Shown in pieces: positions 1-11,983 of a stretch of DNA of 64,000 nucleotides. Source of the stretch: Octopus sinensis. Taxonomy: Eukaryota. Both the position numbers and the translations under genes were made by a program. The notes under the pieces were generated by a model. That model did not search any database, was not told the origin of the DNA, and worked only from the letters and a program-made list of their open reading frames with translations. Position 1 is the first letter of the stretch. Every line of letters starts with the position of its first letter. The stretch spans positions 67,208,001-67,272,000 of the forward strand of contig NC_043002.1 of NCBI RefSeq assembly GCF_006345805.1. The letters are read 5' to 3'.

Positions 1-222
1 GCGTGTGCATGTGTGCATGTGCATGTGTGCGTGTGCATGTGCATGTGTGTGTGTGTGTGTACGTGCGTATGTGTGTATACAGATACAGATACACATATAC
101 ATATGTCGGTAAACTGTTAAGCAATTTGGTCCGCTATATGTCATTAAAATAACTCGTCGCCGGAAATAAGTAAAATTGCTGTTTCTGTATTATATCAAAA
201 CGTCAAACCACACACACACACA

Positions 223-365
223 CGTATGTATGTATGTATGTATGTATGTATGTATGTATGTATGTATGTATGTATGTATGTATGTATGTATGTATGTATT
301 CATGTATGTATGTATGTATGTATGTATGTATGTATCTATGCATGTCTGTCTGTCTGTATGTATGT
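223..365. repeat. (TATG)n microsatellite
   Basis: Long near-perfect TGTA/TATG tandem array. Confidence 0.98.
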
Positions 366-1504
366 ATAATATATATATTAATTATTCTAGAAGGGAAAAG
401 AGAGAAAAACCTCAAGGTTCAGATTTCAATATCCGGCTATGAGTTTCGGAGGAACCCAAGCGATAATTTCGTTGTTTTTTAGTTAGTTATTTTTGTTGTC
501 ATAACTACACAATTAGCGTAAAGCCCCACGATTTCTAAATCCACTCCAAAAGGACCGTTTCATATTCTAATGAACAATCTGTAATCTCAAAACTTCAAAG
601 ATCCAAAGACTTCCTGATGAAAGAAAACATTTTAGAATTTAATAATTGACTACACGTGAAGCCGAAAGAAAACCAGCGGGTTCTCCGCGTGTTTCTAGTT
701 GTGAAGTTTACAATGCATGAAAATAGCGATGGTGGTGTTGTTATTGTTGCTGTTACCAGTATGCCTATAAATAAAAACATGAATTATAGTGATGATAAAA
801 ACGTCCCGGAATCGACAAATAAGGTCGTTAGGTCAACGTCATGCAGAGAGCGAAGCCTATCCCGCTACATGTAGTTAATTATGACTAAGAATTACAGCTT
901 CAAAATCTTTTTTTCGAACGGAAATCAACACTGTCTTTCAAATGCGCTGCTTGCTGAGAATTTGATGTTTCTCTATGGATTGTAGTCTTATAAAGTTGAT
1001 TTATTATTTGTGCTGAGATGTCACTGGATCTTTATTCATAAGGTTTGCGCAAACCCTAGTCTTCGGATTCGTTTATGCTTACATTTAACAATAATTTTTG
1101 TTGATATCCCCTACTCATTTTCCAGGTCGTTATTCCAGGTAGAGCTAGGACTTGTAAGCTATAATCAGAATTTATAAATACCTGAATGTAATTAAAAAAA
1201 AACATAAATTAAAATAAAATACACTGGAAGCTGATCGCTGTAGTCTCAAATAGGCTCAAATATGTAGCTGTGAGGTTACTAGAAGAAAGATAATGTATGT
1301 GTATAAATATATAGAAGCATGACAACGTATAGAGGTTTTGTTCACAAACACACAAACATATACACATATTAGTTTACGAAACACACAAACATATACACAT
1401 GTTAGTTCACGGACAAAGACCAAAAACTCAACTGTGCAAATGTAAGGTACATATATACACCTTACAGACACATACAAACATATATACACTAATATGCATA
1501 TATG

Positions 1505-1506
1505 CA

Positions 1507-1549
<43 letters not shown>

Positions 1550-1818
1550 TTACCTACCTCTCTATCCTTCTGTCTGTTTGTCTATCTATACACACACACG
1601 CGCACGCGTACGTGCGCGCACACACATATTAATATGGTGGTTGAACATAGTATTTGTAAGTAAAACTGTAAACAGAAGGTTTACACATGAGAGAACTGCG
1701 AGAAAGATAACTAAATATAGAGGATGTAGAGAGGCGCAGAGGAAGAAACAATAAATATAAGGGGGAAAATATAGACAGATATTAACACAACGGGAGGAGG
1801 AGAGAAAGAAAGACGGAC

Positions 1819-1917
<99 letters not shown>

Positions 1918-1945
1918 GAGAAAGAGAGAAAGAGAGAGAGAGAAA
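1505..1945. repeat. (TATC)n and (GATA)n/(GACA)n/(GA)n compound microsatellites
   Basis: TATC array at ~1505-1590 and GATA/GACA/GA array at ~1815-1945. Confidence 0.95.
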
Positions 1946-2047
1946 GGATGAGGAGACATAGTTAGGCAAAAGGAAAGAAAAGATAGTAGGTAGTTATTAT
2001 TTTACTATTTCGCAGTGTATTGTAATTGGTAAAATAAGTTGTAACAA

Positions 2048-2620
2048 GAGGTTAAATATAAAGGAGGGAATGGTAAAGTAATATAAGGAAGAAGATGTAA
2101 GACGTTATGACTATATCTCTGTGAGAGTTGCAAGAGACAAGCAGTGAAATCTGGAGACAAAATGAGTGTTTCAGGGAAGGCGCGGGGTCCTGAAGAAATA
2201 TGTATTTATAGGAGGATTATGGAAGAAAGTAGCCGTTTAATAGAGGGAAGAATAAAATCTGGAACGCCAGATTTAGTTTATTCGACTGTTTGTGAGGAGT
2301 GGGGAGAAGAGGGGTAAAGTATTGAAGAATAAAGGGATGCGTGTGAAAAATATTGTGAATGGAAAGGGAAGGAGAAAGAAGAGTACAGAAGTGGGAAGGA
2401 TAACTACTTGTTTATGGAGTTTAGAAATAGAACGAAAATTCCGGTAAAATTGGTAATAGAAAAAGGAGAAAGTAGGGATGGAAGGGAGATAGAAACGGTA
2501 TGCAATTACAGTGTGGGGAAGCGGTGCTTAAAACGATACGATTGAATAATACAAAGTGAAAATGTTAGCGATAAAATGAAGAGAAAAGAGCTTTCAGTAA
2601 AATCAAATATAATAATGTGA
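2048..2620 (+). pseudogene. Possible decayed ORF, perhaps retroelement gag-like
   Basis: One + frame reads LYLCESCKRQAVKSG...GTPDLVYSTVCEEWGEEG*SIEE*RDACEKYCEWKGKEKEEY...ETVCNYSVGKRCLKRYD* with few stops over ~190 codons. The strand is purine-rich. Family assignment is only a resemblance. Confidence 0.25.
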
Positions 2621-3439
2621 AGTGGGAATGTTTGCAAGACTTAGTAGACAATAACAAGTCTTTTTGCCAATATTGAGAAAAGCCAAGGGAAGATTAGACA
2701 ATTTACTAATATTTTCTAGTTTTAAGTGAAATAGTTTTGTACAACATTTAGCTGACAGAGATCCTCTTACACCTAATTCAAGTTTGGATAATTGTAAAAC
2801 TCCAAGGGGGTTTTTAATCAAAAACTTTCAAAGAAATTCCAAAAAGGTATAGAGTTTCAATGAAATTCAACCTGTAAAGTTTCTTGCGCTAAAATTGTTT
2901 TGGTGGCGGCATTTTGCAATTAACTCATTCACTAAAGTTAAAAGTTGACAGGAAGAGGTTACTTACAGAATATGATTAGGAAAATTCTTCGGGAGACCAC
3001 AGTATTTTAAAAGTTGTAATATCTACGAGAAGGTGGAGTGTCTTCTCCCTGGATGTCTAAAAGAATATGTGTGTTGTATAAATCTGTATTTTAAGGAATG
3101 TTCAGTTAAGTTTAAGTAGGCACGTTTGAACTGGTATGCCATCTTCACTTTTGCACAGTTTACTAATTCCTTCCAGAGACATTTATATGAAAAAGGCATA
3201 ACGTAATGTTAACAGAATTAAAGTGGATTTGGTTAGCTTACGGGATACTGTAATTTCTTTAGTGGACAACAACAATCAAATCGTTGATGGTATAAATATA
3301 GCAAACCCAACTTTGCTCTAAGTGTTTTCAAATATTTTTGCTTTACATCGTCCTTATATAACCATTCATAAATCGTCTGAATAATCGAAAACATGAAACC
3401 CACGGTTACGATTTACGAAACTTACGCTTCTTATAATAT

Positions 3440-3476
3440 ACACAAACATACATACATACATACATACATACATACA

Positions 3477-3509
<33 letters not shown>

Positions 3510-3790
3510 TCCACAGAACATAAATGTGTAGATAAATACATGTGTATGTATATATGTGTGTATATATATGTCTATGTGTGTATTTACAGATCATAGATGT
3601 GTAGATGTAATATACATGTGTATATATATATATATATGTATGTATGTATGTATGTGTATGCTTATATATGTGTGTATGTATATATTTACATATATACGCA
3701 TATATAAATATATATACATTACATATACACATGCATTCATGCATACATACACACACACACACACACACTTAAACACATACATATTTATTT
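3440..3790. repeat. Compound (CATA)n/(TA)n/(CA)n microsatellite
   Basis: Direct reading of the sequence. Confidence 0.95.
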
Positions 3791-4174
3791 GATATGAATG
3801 ATGTATTTGCTTCAGTAAATGTATTGCCAAATATTACACAATATAATAGCAAATCCCAGAAAATCTAATTACAGATATATATTTTCTTCGGCAAATACTT
3901 ATATAAATATTTGCTTTAGTAGATCTTCAATCAAAATGCCAATTGGTTTTATTATCGATAATTGCATTTTTGTTATTGTCTTAGTCTTGCAAATTCAGTT
4001 TCTTGCCAAATTATTGTTGTCCAAATTACTGAAAACCTCTCCATGCTTACTTTCATATTATTGATTTCATTCGGTTCGGCTCAAAGCCAATTTTCTGTAA
4101 AAAGAGGCGCATAGTCAATGCGATCGACCGTAAAATTAGAAACAACGTATCACAGGTACTTATGCTTTGTCTCG

Positions 4175-4960
4175 TTTACTTGTTTTTAAGTCAATGGACT
4201 ACGGCCATGCCGGGGCACCGCCTTGAAGGGTTTCGTCAAACAAATCAACCTCATTAATTACTTTTATTTTAAAGTCTGGTTCTTATTCTACTGAGCACTT
4301 TTGCTGAACTGCTAAGTTCCCAAGACGCAAACAAACCAACAAGTCGTCAAGTGGTGCATGGGCGGAACGCGAAATGTTTTTCCCACGGGAGTTCCGGACC
4401 CCAGTAATGAACTAATTTGCATACAACCAATCAGAACTCCCCTTGACTTTGTTGTCAAGTTAAACACACTCTACCAAGTAAACTCAAGACGAAGAGTGGT
4501 GTTGTAAATCGACCGATCGCTAAGTTATGCCTGATTTTAGAAGGAGACAAGTAATTAGATAGATTTGCATCTATACCTATAATCGGATTTTGTTCGGGCC
4601 TCATATGGCAAAGATGTGGATGGTAAAAATGTGGATAGAGGGTGATGTGCTAACAACCCTCTCCCCTTACTGTTTTACAAAGTAAACAACAACATAAATA
4701 ACGACGCAGAGGCAGTCATGGTTGAAACAAGATCAAAAAGCATTATTAAAAGAGAAAAGATGCATAGTCATTCCTTACCCAAGTGAATTTATCTTATCGC
4801 CCATCACTTGTTATGCGCTCATAAATTAGTTTGATAGTTTAGCTCTGATTGGCTATGTTCAAATGAGTTCATGAATGGGGTCCGGACCGCTCGTGGGAAA
4901 AAAATTCGTGGGCGGGAAAGCGCAAACGCAAAACACACACACATACATGTGTTTATATAC
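4175..4960 (-). mobile_element. Degenerate family-A SINE (3' half), split by a MITE
   Basis: 4175-4366 matches the reverse complement of the family-A 3' half seen at 6100-6308. It resumes after the MITE at 4910 with the internal (CA)n segment. Confidence 0.7.
4367..4909. mobile_element. MITE / non-autonomous DNA transposon, ~540 bp
   Basis: Imperfect terminal inverted repeats: the core starting at CCCACG aligns ungapped at 46 of 57 positions. Flanks are gggcgga (4360-4366) and gggcggga (4910-4917), a possible 7-8 bp TSD. No ORF. Confidence 0.8.
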
Positions 4961-5032
4961 ATATACATGAAAGCGTTTTGCTTTGTGGTTAGGGAGATCG
5001 CCTCACGGTCGTAAGGTCACCTAATAACTATA

Positions 5033-5195
5033 GATATTTCTTTATTGCCCTCAGGGGGCTAAACACAGAGGGGACAAACAAGGACAGACAAAAGACTTAA
5101 GTCGATTACAATTATCCCAGTGCGTAACTGGTACTTATTTAATCGACCCCGAAAGGATGAAAGGCAAAGTCAACCTCGGTGGAATTTGAACTCAG
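5033..5195 (-). mobile_element. 5'-truncated family-C (Nin/Deu-like) SINE with 14-bp TSD
   Basis: Matches the family-C 3' part. Flanked by identical acctaataactata at 5019-5032 and 5196-5209. Confidence 0.9.
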
Positions 5196-5259
5196 ACCTA
5201 ATAACTATACTGTTCGGTCGCAAACATGAATTTAAGCACACATACACACACACACCACT

Positions 5260-5578
5260 GCCATGTGGCTGAGGTGGAGCATTCCGACGGTTAATTGAAT
5301 CAACGAAATAGCTTGCTCATGAAGTTAACGTGAAAGCTGCTGAGCACTTCACTAAAACGGGTACCTTTAACATAATTCTCAATGAGATTCAGTGTGACAC
5401 ACAGAATGTGACAAGGCTGGCCCTTATGAAATACAGGTACAACTGATTTTTGCCAGCTAAGTAGACAAGAGCGACGTGAAATAAAGTCCCTTGCTCAAAA
5501 ACACAACCTCCCTCCCACCCGGAATCGAACTCACGACCTTACGATTGTGAGCCGAATACACTAACCGTAAAACACGCG
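5260..5578 (-). mobile_element. tRNA-head CORE-like SINE, family E
   Basis: Reverse-complement B-box (ggaatcgaactc) plus CORE-like cttgctcaa...gtgaaataaagt. Homologous to the + copy at 45416. Confidence 0.75.
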
Positions 5579-5782
5579 TCTACCTCTATGTAGATTTTGA
5601 TTATACAACCAATTTTTCTATTGTTCTGGACAATCGGTTTCCTCAGCAATTTGTTACGATGTTGTCTACAAACAACAACTTAAAGCAGAGGAAGTAGAAA
5701 TCTATATAATATTATTATTTACGAATAAGACGTAAAAACTGGATCTGCAGAATTTTACAGCATCTGATGTAGTCGTTCCAAA

Positions 5783-5854
5783 ATGTTGAACGTATAGTGG
5801 TTAGGATTCCTGGCTTTCACCCAGGCGGCCCGGGTTCGATTCCCGGCATGGGAA
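5783..5854 (+). pseudogene. tRNA-Glu-TTC: tRNA-Glu(TTC) pseudogene with defective 5' acceptor strand
   Basis: 5795-5854 reads TAGTGGTTAGGATT CCTGG CT TTC AC CCAGG CGGCCCGGGTTCGATTCCCGG CATGGGA A, giving intact D, anticodon and T arms and the 3' acceptor strand. A tttgtttt run follows. The 5' TCCCATG needed to pair with CATGGGA is absent. Confidence 0.85.
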
Positions 5855-5864
5855 CGTTTGTTTT

Positions 5865-6034
5865 AGGCGTAGGAGAGGCTGTGTGGTAAGTAGCTTGCTT
5901 ACGAATCACATGGTTCCGGATTCAGTCCCACTGCGTGGCACCTTGAGCAAATGTCTTCTACTATAGCCTCGGGCCGACCAAAGCCTTGTGAGTGGATTTG
6001 GTAAGCGGAAATTGAAAGAAGTCCATCGTATATA

Positions 6035-6082
<48 letters not shown>

Positions 6083-6308
6083 TGTGTGTGTGTGTCTGTG
6101 TTTGTCCCCCTCCCCAACATCGCTTGACAACCGATGCTGGTGTGTTTACGTCCCCGTAATTTAGCTCTCCGGCAAAACTGACCGATAGAATAAGTACTGG
6201 GCTTACAAAGAATAAGTCCTGAGGTCGATGATTTGCTCGACTAAAGGCGGTGCTCCCGCATGGCCACAGTCAAATGACTGAAACAAGTAAAAGAGAGTAA
6301 AAGAGAGT
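5865..6308 (+). mobile_element. Full-length family-A tRNA-derived SINE with internal (GT)n
   Basis: A-box-like gctgtgtggtaag, B-box-like ggttccggattcagtccc, CORE-like accttgagcaaatgtctt, internal (TG)n, and tail gactgaaacaagtaaaaga. More than 10 copies in the window. Confidence 0.9.
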
Positions 6309-6449
6309 ATAAATCTCTGTACGTATTTCTTTTCAGAACTATAAGTTGTCATTGAAGACGTAGAATGTGCAGAAAACTGTTTCACCCATCCTTTTCTCTT
6401 TCTCACTTCTCTTTAACTGTACGGCTGCAGTCTGATGACTGAAACAAGG

Positions 6450-6506
<57 letters not shown>

Positions 6507-6774
6507 TTGGTTAAACAGGAACCGACTTGTTGATCAACAAAGCAGATTCTGCAAAAGACTATCAAATACAACTATCTTTTTATATACATTTCCTTAGGGG
6601 ACATTGAGTATCTACACATTGTCGCCTTCTGTTACATAAACAAGTAGTTATTTATAAATTTGTACTCAACCACCTAACGACTACTGAACTTGGAGACTGT
6701 GTTTAGATTTTTGCTGAAGTTTTAGATGAACACACACACACACATACAGGCACTCGTACTTACGCAAATATTAC

Positions 6775-6834
<60 letters not shown>

Positions 6835-6890
6835 GACTGTTTGTCTATCTGTGTCCCTCACCACAGTCTGTGTATATATATATGTATAAG

Positions 6891-6923
6891 TATACATGTA
6901 TGTGTATAGATGTCTGCATGCAA

Positions 6924-6962
<39 letters not shown>

Positions 6963-6987
6963 AATACTTGCATGCAGACATCTATAC

Positions 6988-7048
<61 letters not shown>

Positions 7049-7092
7049 AATATATATACTTGCATGCAGACATCTATACACATACATGTATA
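6891..7092. repeat. 38-bp sequence present once forward and twice inverted, spaced by (TA)n
   Basis: 6891-6928 is the reverse complement of 6964-7000 (37 nt) and of 7055-7092. Confidence 0.95.
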
Positions 7093-7244
7093 TATATATA
7101 TATATATTAAAGAAATAATTATGATTCGGTTGAATTAGGTACTTAATTTGAGGTACCCAGTCAGTCCAGTATTAAGGTAAATAAAAAGCAAATAAGTAAC
7201 AAGGATTTCAATGGCCTTAATACTTTGACATACTTGTTACTTAT

Positions 7245-7246
7245 TT

Positions 7247-7326
<80 letters not shown>

Positions 7327-7481
7327 CAACTTTTAAATAAGGGCAATAGATAAAGATTCCTATGCCAAATAAGCCGACAAATAGACCTTAAATCGTCAAT
7401 AACCACATTCATCACTAAATATATACATGTGTATATATAATATATATATAAGTATATATATATAATATATATATATAACAC

Positions 7482-7516
<35 letters not shown>

Positions 7517-7650
7517 ATATATACATAATACATATATAGTATATATAAAGTATATATATATAATATATATATATAATATATAATATATATGTACATACAT
7601 ATATGTATATATATACACACACATATGTATGTGTATATGTATGTATATAT
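7245..7650. repeat. (TC)n + (TA)n low-complexity tract
   Basis: Direct reading of the sequence. Confidence 0.95.
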
Positions 7651-7899
7651 GTATATTTCACGCATGCTGTCTGTGTTATCAGTGACATCAATTACGGATG
7701 ATTAGATCACTAACATTTGCTTCAGATGAGAGGAAAAAGAGGTCCTGTGTCATTTGTGTATTTATATATTGACTTCGTCAAAATTTTGCTAATGTCTATG
7801 ACCCTATTATACACCTATGTATGTATGTAATGTGTCTGTATTTATGTACGTATGTGTGTATGAATGTGTGTCTGCACATATGTATGAATGAATGAATGA

Positions 7900-8283
7900 A
7901 TGAATGTTCCCGTTCTTATGAATGGAGGTCTGGGGTTTCAGACAATTCCCCCGTTGTATCTTCGTGCTTTCTTCGGGATGAAAAAGAGGTCAGTGGGGCT
8001 TTCATACTCTTCCTACCCGATTCTCTCTCAGGGTTGTCTCCCTTAGCCTTCAAGTCTTAGAAAGGCATTCACGGGCTATTAGGGTTTATACAAGGAGTTG
8101 TTCCTCTATGAATTTGCCTACATTTTCAAGCCTGACAAGGCTCCGTTATTACACAGTCATTGGCCTAATGTTGGGGGTCAGAAGATTTTTGGCCTGTTGG
8201 GTATCTTGCAACCTTGCTCACCAAGCTTGCTGGATGCTACTACTACTACTACTACTACTATACTACTACTACTACTACTACTA
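7900..8283 (+). mobile_element. Unclassified retroposon-like segment between (GAAT)n and a (CTA)n tail
   Basis: A GC-richer segment ends abruptly in a (CTA)n array at ~8236-8283, like a non-LTR 3' tail. Single copy in the window. Confidence 0.35.
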
Positions 8284-8425
8284 CACACATGCATATTATG
8301 TATATACATATACATATATTATACTTATACATACATAGATAATACACATATACATACATACATACATACATAAATACATACATACATACATACATAAATA
8401 CATACATACATACATAAATACATAC

Positions 8426-8456
<31 letters not shown>

Positions 8457-8899
8457 ACATTACTCATGCATTAAGGTGATAATTTGACATGGTCACTAAG
8501 AAAAGTCACCGATATGGCGAATAAGGGGATTCCGAAGGCAACAATGGGCCATTAGAAGGACAATACACAACGTTCAGAACCGAAAGCATAATATCCAAGA
8601 ATATAATATTGTGTGTACACGTGTAAGCAAACTCTCTCTGTGTAAGGACCTTAAAATCTCAAACACAAGGACTGTGTAATAAAGAACTTTTGACTGAGAT
8701 GTTATTTCAGGGTAGATCCATGATGCCTTCATTTCGCTGGTGTTGTAATTCAAGCAGAAGAATCGAAGATCGATGGTCATCGAATTAGTTAGAGAAGTAA
8801 AGAACATATCATCCTGAAGAATGTTAAAGCTCAGAAAGAAATAACGGTTTCAGGTAACTGAAGCATTAAATAAGGATCGGTGCCGCTAATTCTGCTTTG

Positions 8900-9620
8900 G
8901 TGGTGGTGGTGGTGTTTGTATATTGTCGTCAGTGAGATGGAATGGTAAAGATTGCAAATGGATTGAGAAAGGGGTATTGTTTGTTGTATATATAAATAAC
9001 CTGATAGTTTAATGTAGTCTCAATGTTAGCTTAAGTGAGAGCGATAATAGGATCACGATTCAACAGTTAGCAAAATGGAATGTCATATAAGTATACGTAC
9101 ATGTATACATACATGCATATATACTTATATGCATACAGCCATACATAGACACATGAATACATAGATGACTATATACATACATGCATACATTAATATATAC
9201 ATTCATACATACATTAATACATAGATACACACATACATACATACATGCATGCATGCATGCATGCATACATACATACATACATACATACATACATACATGC
9301 ATACATGCATACATGCATGCATGCATACAAGCTTGCATGCTGCAATGAATATTTGTTTGGGATTCTGCAATGTTCACTCATAGGTAAATACTTGAAGAAG
9401 ATTATAGAATTCAATGCCAAAGTAACAACGTGTGACGGTAAACAGATCAGCTGTATTGGATCCATAGACAATTATTTCAATAATTACTACCTGTGGCAGC
9501 TTCTCTACAGTCCGAAGTGAACATAATAATGCTTTTCAAATAGGTATGGACAAAGAGTGAGTGTTGAAAGGTGACAGTGACATAACCATTCAATGTTTCA
9601 TTATGGAATCTCTGAACGTT
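8900..9620 (+). pseudogene. Possible highly decayed Ty3/Gypsy gag-protease relic
   Basis: A frameshifted C..C...KDC knuckle-like trace lies at 8917-8955. NAKVTTCDGKQISCIGSID at 9413-9469 resembles the retropepsin flap region. The two are interrupted by (CATA)n. Confidence 0.25.
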
Positions 9621-9680
9621 TACACCATATCGGTAAAAGTGTGCAAACTATGTCACGTGGAAAAATATCATATACGAGGA

Positions 9681-9710
<30 letters not shown>

Positions 9711-9713
<3 letters not shown>

Positions 9714-10120
9714 CGTAGGAGTGGCTGTGTGGTAAGTAGCTTGCTTGCAAATCATATGGTTCCGAGTTCAGTCCCACTGCGGGTTTTCTACTATAGCCCA
9801 GGGCTGACCAGAACCTTGCGAGTGGATTTGGAAGACAGAAACTGAAAGAATCCCGTCGTATATATGTATATGTATATATATATATGTATGTGTGTGTATG
9901 TGTGTGTATGTTTCTGTGTCTGTAATTGTCACCCCAACATCGCCTGACAACCGATGCTGGTGTGTTTACGTCCCCGTAACTTAGCGGCTCGGCAAAAGCG
10001 ACCGATAGAATGAATACTAGGCTTATGAAGAATAAGTCCTGGGGTCGATTTGCTTGACTAAAGGCGGTGCTCCAGCATGGCCGCAGTCAAATGACTGAAA
10101 CAAGTAAAAGAGTAAAAGAG
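9711..10120 (+). mobile_element. Full-length family-A SINE
   Basis: Aligns end to end with 5865-6308. Confidence 0.9.
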
Positions 10121-10384
10121 TATATATAGAGAGAGAGAGGGAGAGAGAGGGGGGCGATCAAGCTTCAAAGTGAAAAGTGAATAACAATTACCATCTAAAG
10201 AACTACCCTTAACAACCAGACAAAAATCCTTAGCACACACACACGCACGCATGTACACACATACATGCAGACACACACAACACACACACACACACACACA
10301 CATATACCAGAGCTATTGAGTGTTCAATTCCTTGTTTAATACGTTTGAACCCTACAATAATCAATATATATATATACATATCTG

Positions 10385-10423
<39 letters not shown>

Positions 10424-11076
10424 ACACATGTATGCATATACATACATAAATATGTGTGTGCGTGTGTGCGCATTTATAAACCTGTGATGTGTTACTCAGG
10501 GTTTTATGATGTCCAACTTCGAAATAATGCCCTTTATTTGAAATCAAAAAAAAAGAAGAAAAAACAATGTGATGTATCTGTCATTTTTCAGTGTCAAATG
10601 GTCGTAGCTCATCTTAAATTAAGATTTTCGTCTTGCGTCCTCAACGGTTTTTCCTCTTTCCCGCAGATTTTTAAAGACTTCGTTAGCAAGCAGTTTCAAA
10701 ACTGTAGCAATCTTTCTTAGAAGCTTGACTTCCAAATTTTTGAGCCGCACAAATGCCGCTGCGGGTCCACTGTGCATTCTTGCTGACGTTGCTTACTGTG
10801 TTGCATGTTGCTTACTTTGATGAGTATTGTGTCCTAAACTGCGTGTTCTCATTCACAGGATTTTAAAGACTTCGTCAGAGAATAGTTTCAAAGTCGTTAA
10901 CATCGAAGTCTCGAAATTTCCAGAGTTCATCAACCCCCGTCTCCTTATACAGAATGTACTTTTGAGTTTCACGTTTCCGGTTTTTATTGCACAATTTTCC
11001 TTTTCCGTTTTTTGCTTTCTTGTTTGTTTGTTTTTTTTTGTTGTTTTTTGTTGTTGTTTTTTTGTTGTTTTTTTTT

Positions 11077-11340
11077 CTTGTGTGTATGTCGCTTGAAGTT
11101 GTTACTCAGGCGGATGATTGCATTTGACTTCAAAATATTTTACTGCCCGGATTTTATATTTATGTTGGATCCAAATGTTTGCCTGTTTTTTTTTTTTGTT
11201 TTTTTTTTCTTGTGTGTATGTCGCTTGAAGTTGTTACTCAGGCGGATGATTGCATTTGACTTCAAAATATTTTACTGCCCGGATTTTATATTTATGTTGG
11301 ATCCAAATGTTTGCCTGTTTTTTTTTTTTTTTTTTTTTAT
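11077..11340. repeat. 132-bp direct tandem duplication bounded by T-runs
   Basis: cttgtgtgtatgtcgc...gtttgcctg occurs identically at 11077 and 11209. Confidence 0.95.
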
Positions 11341-11855
11341 ATAGGTCTTCCTTTTATGTTTTTGTTTTATTTCGCGTGTTATTTCCGTGTTGAAAGAAAG
11401 ATTAGAGACGTTGAGGCGGGAAGACATTACTGAAGGAAACAAGTCAAGCGATAACAGCCACACTGTGAAAAACAGACACAAACGCCTAAGTGCACACACA
11501 CACACATACAAACACACATCTCGACACAGGCGCACGCAATACGCAGCACACATAATATGATTTATTTAACAACTTACGTCATTTCGTGATAAAGGTGATG
11601 GAGCCCGTTGGTTGATAGAAACGGATTAATGTGTTTATATCAACCAAGAGAGAGACAGAGAAAGAAAAAGAAAGAGAAATTATATTGAGTTAAGTGATTG
11701 TATGTATGCGTGCGCACGATTACGTGTGTGTGTGTGTGTGTGTGTGTAGGTGATTTGTGAATAGCAGGCGTTGAGGTGATGAATAGGGAGTTTAAATTTG
11801 TATTATGTGTCATTTGAATGAATACTTTTCCAAGGGTTCTCGAACAACAACAACA

Positions 11856-11914
<59 letters not shown>

Positions 11915-11983
11915 GGCTACTGCTGCTGCTACTAGTGTTTGTTCATAAGTACATAGACACATATTAGTATGCATACGCACTTT

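Noticed and set aside
4985-4998. Telomeric TTAGGG
   Set aside because: Single occurrences inside SINE heads, with no array.
8700-8860. GVVIQAEESK resembling a DDE transposase motif
   Set aside because: Too short, flanked by stops, and with no supporting motifs.
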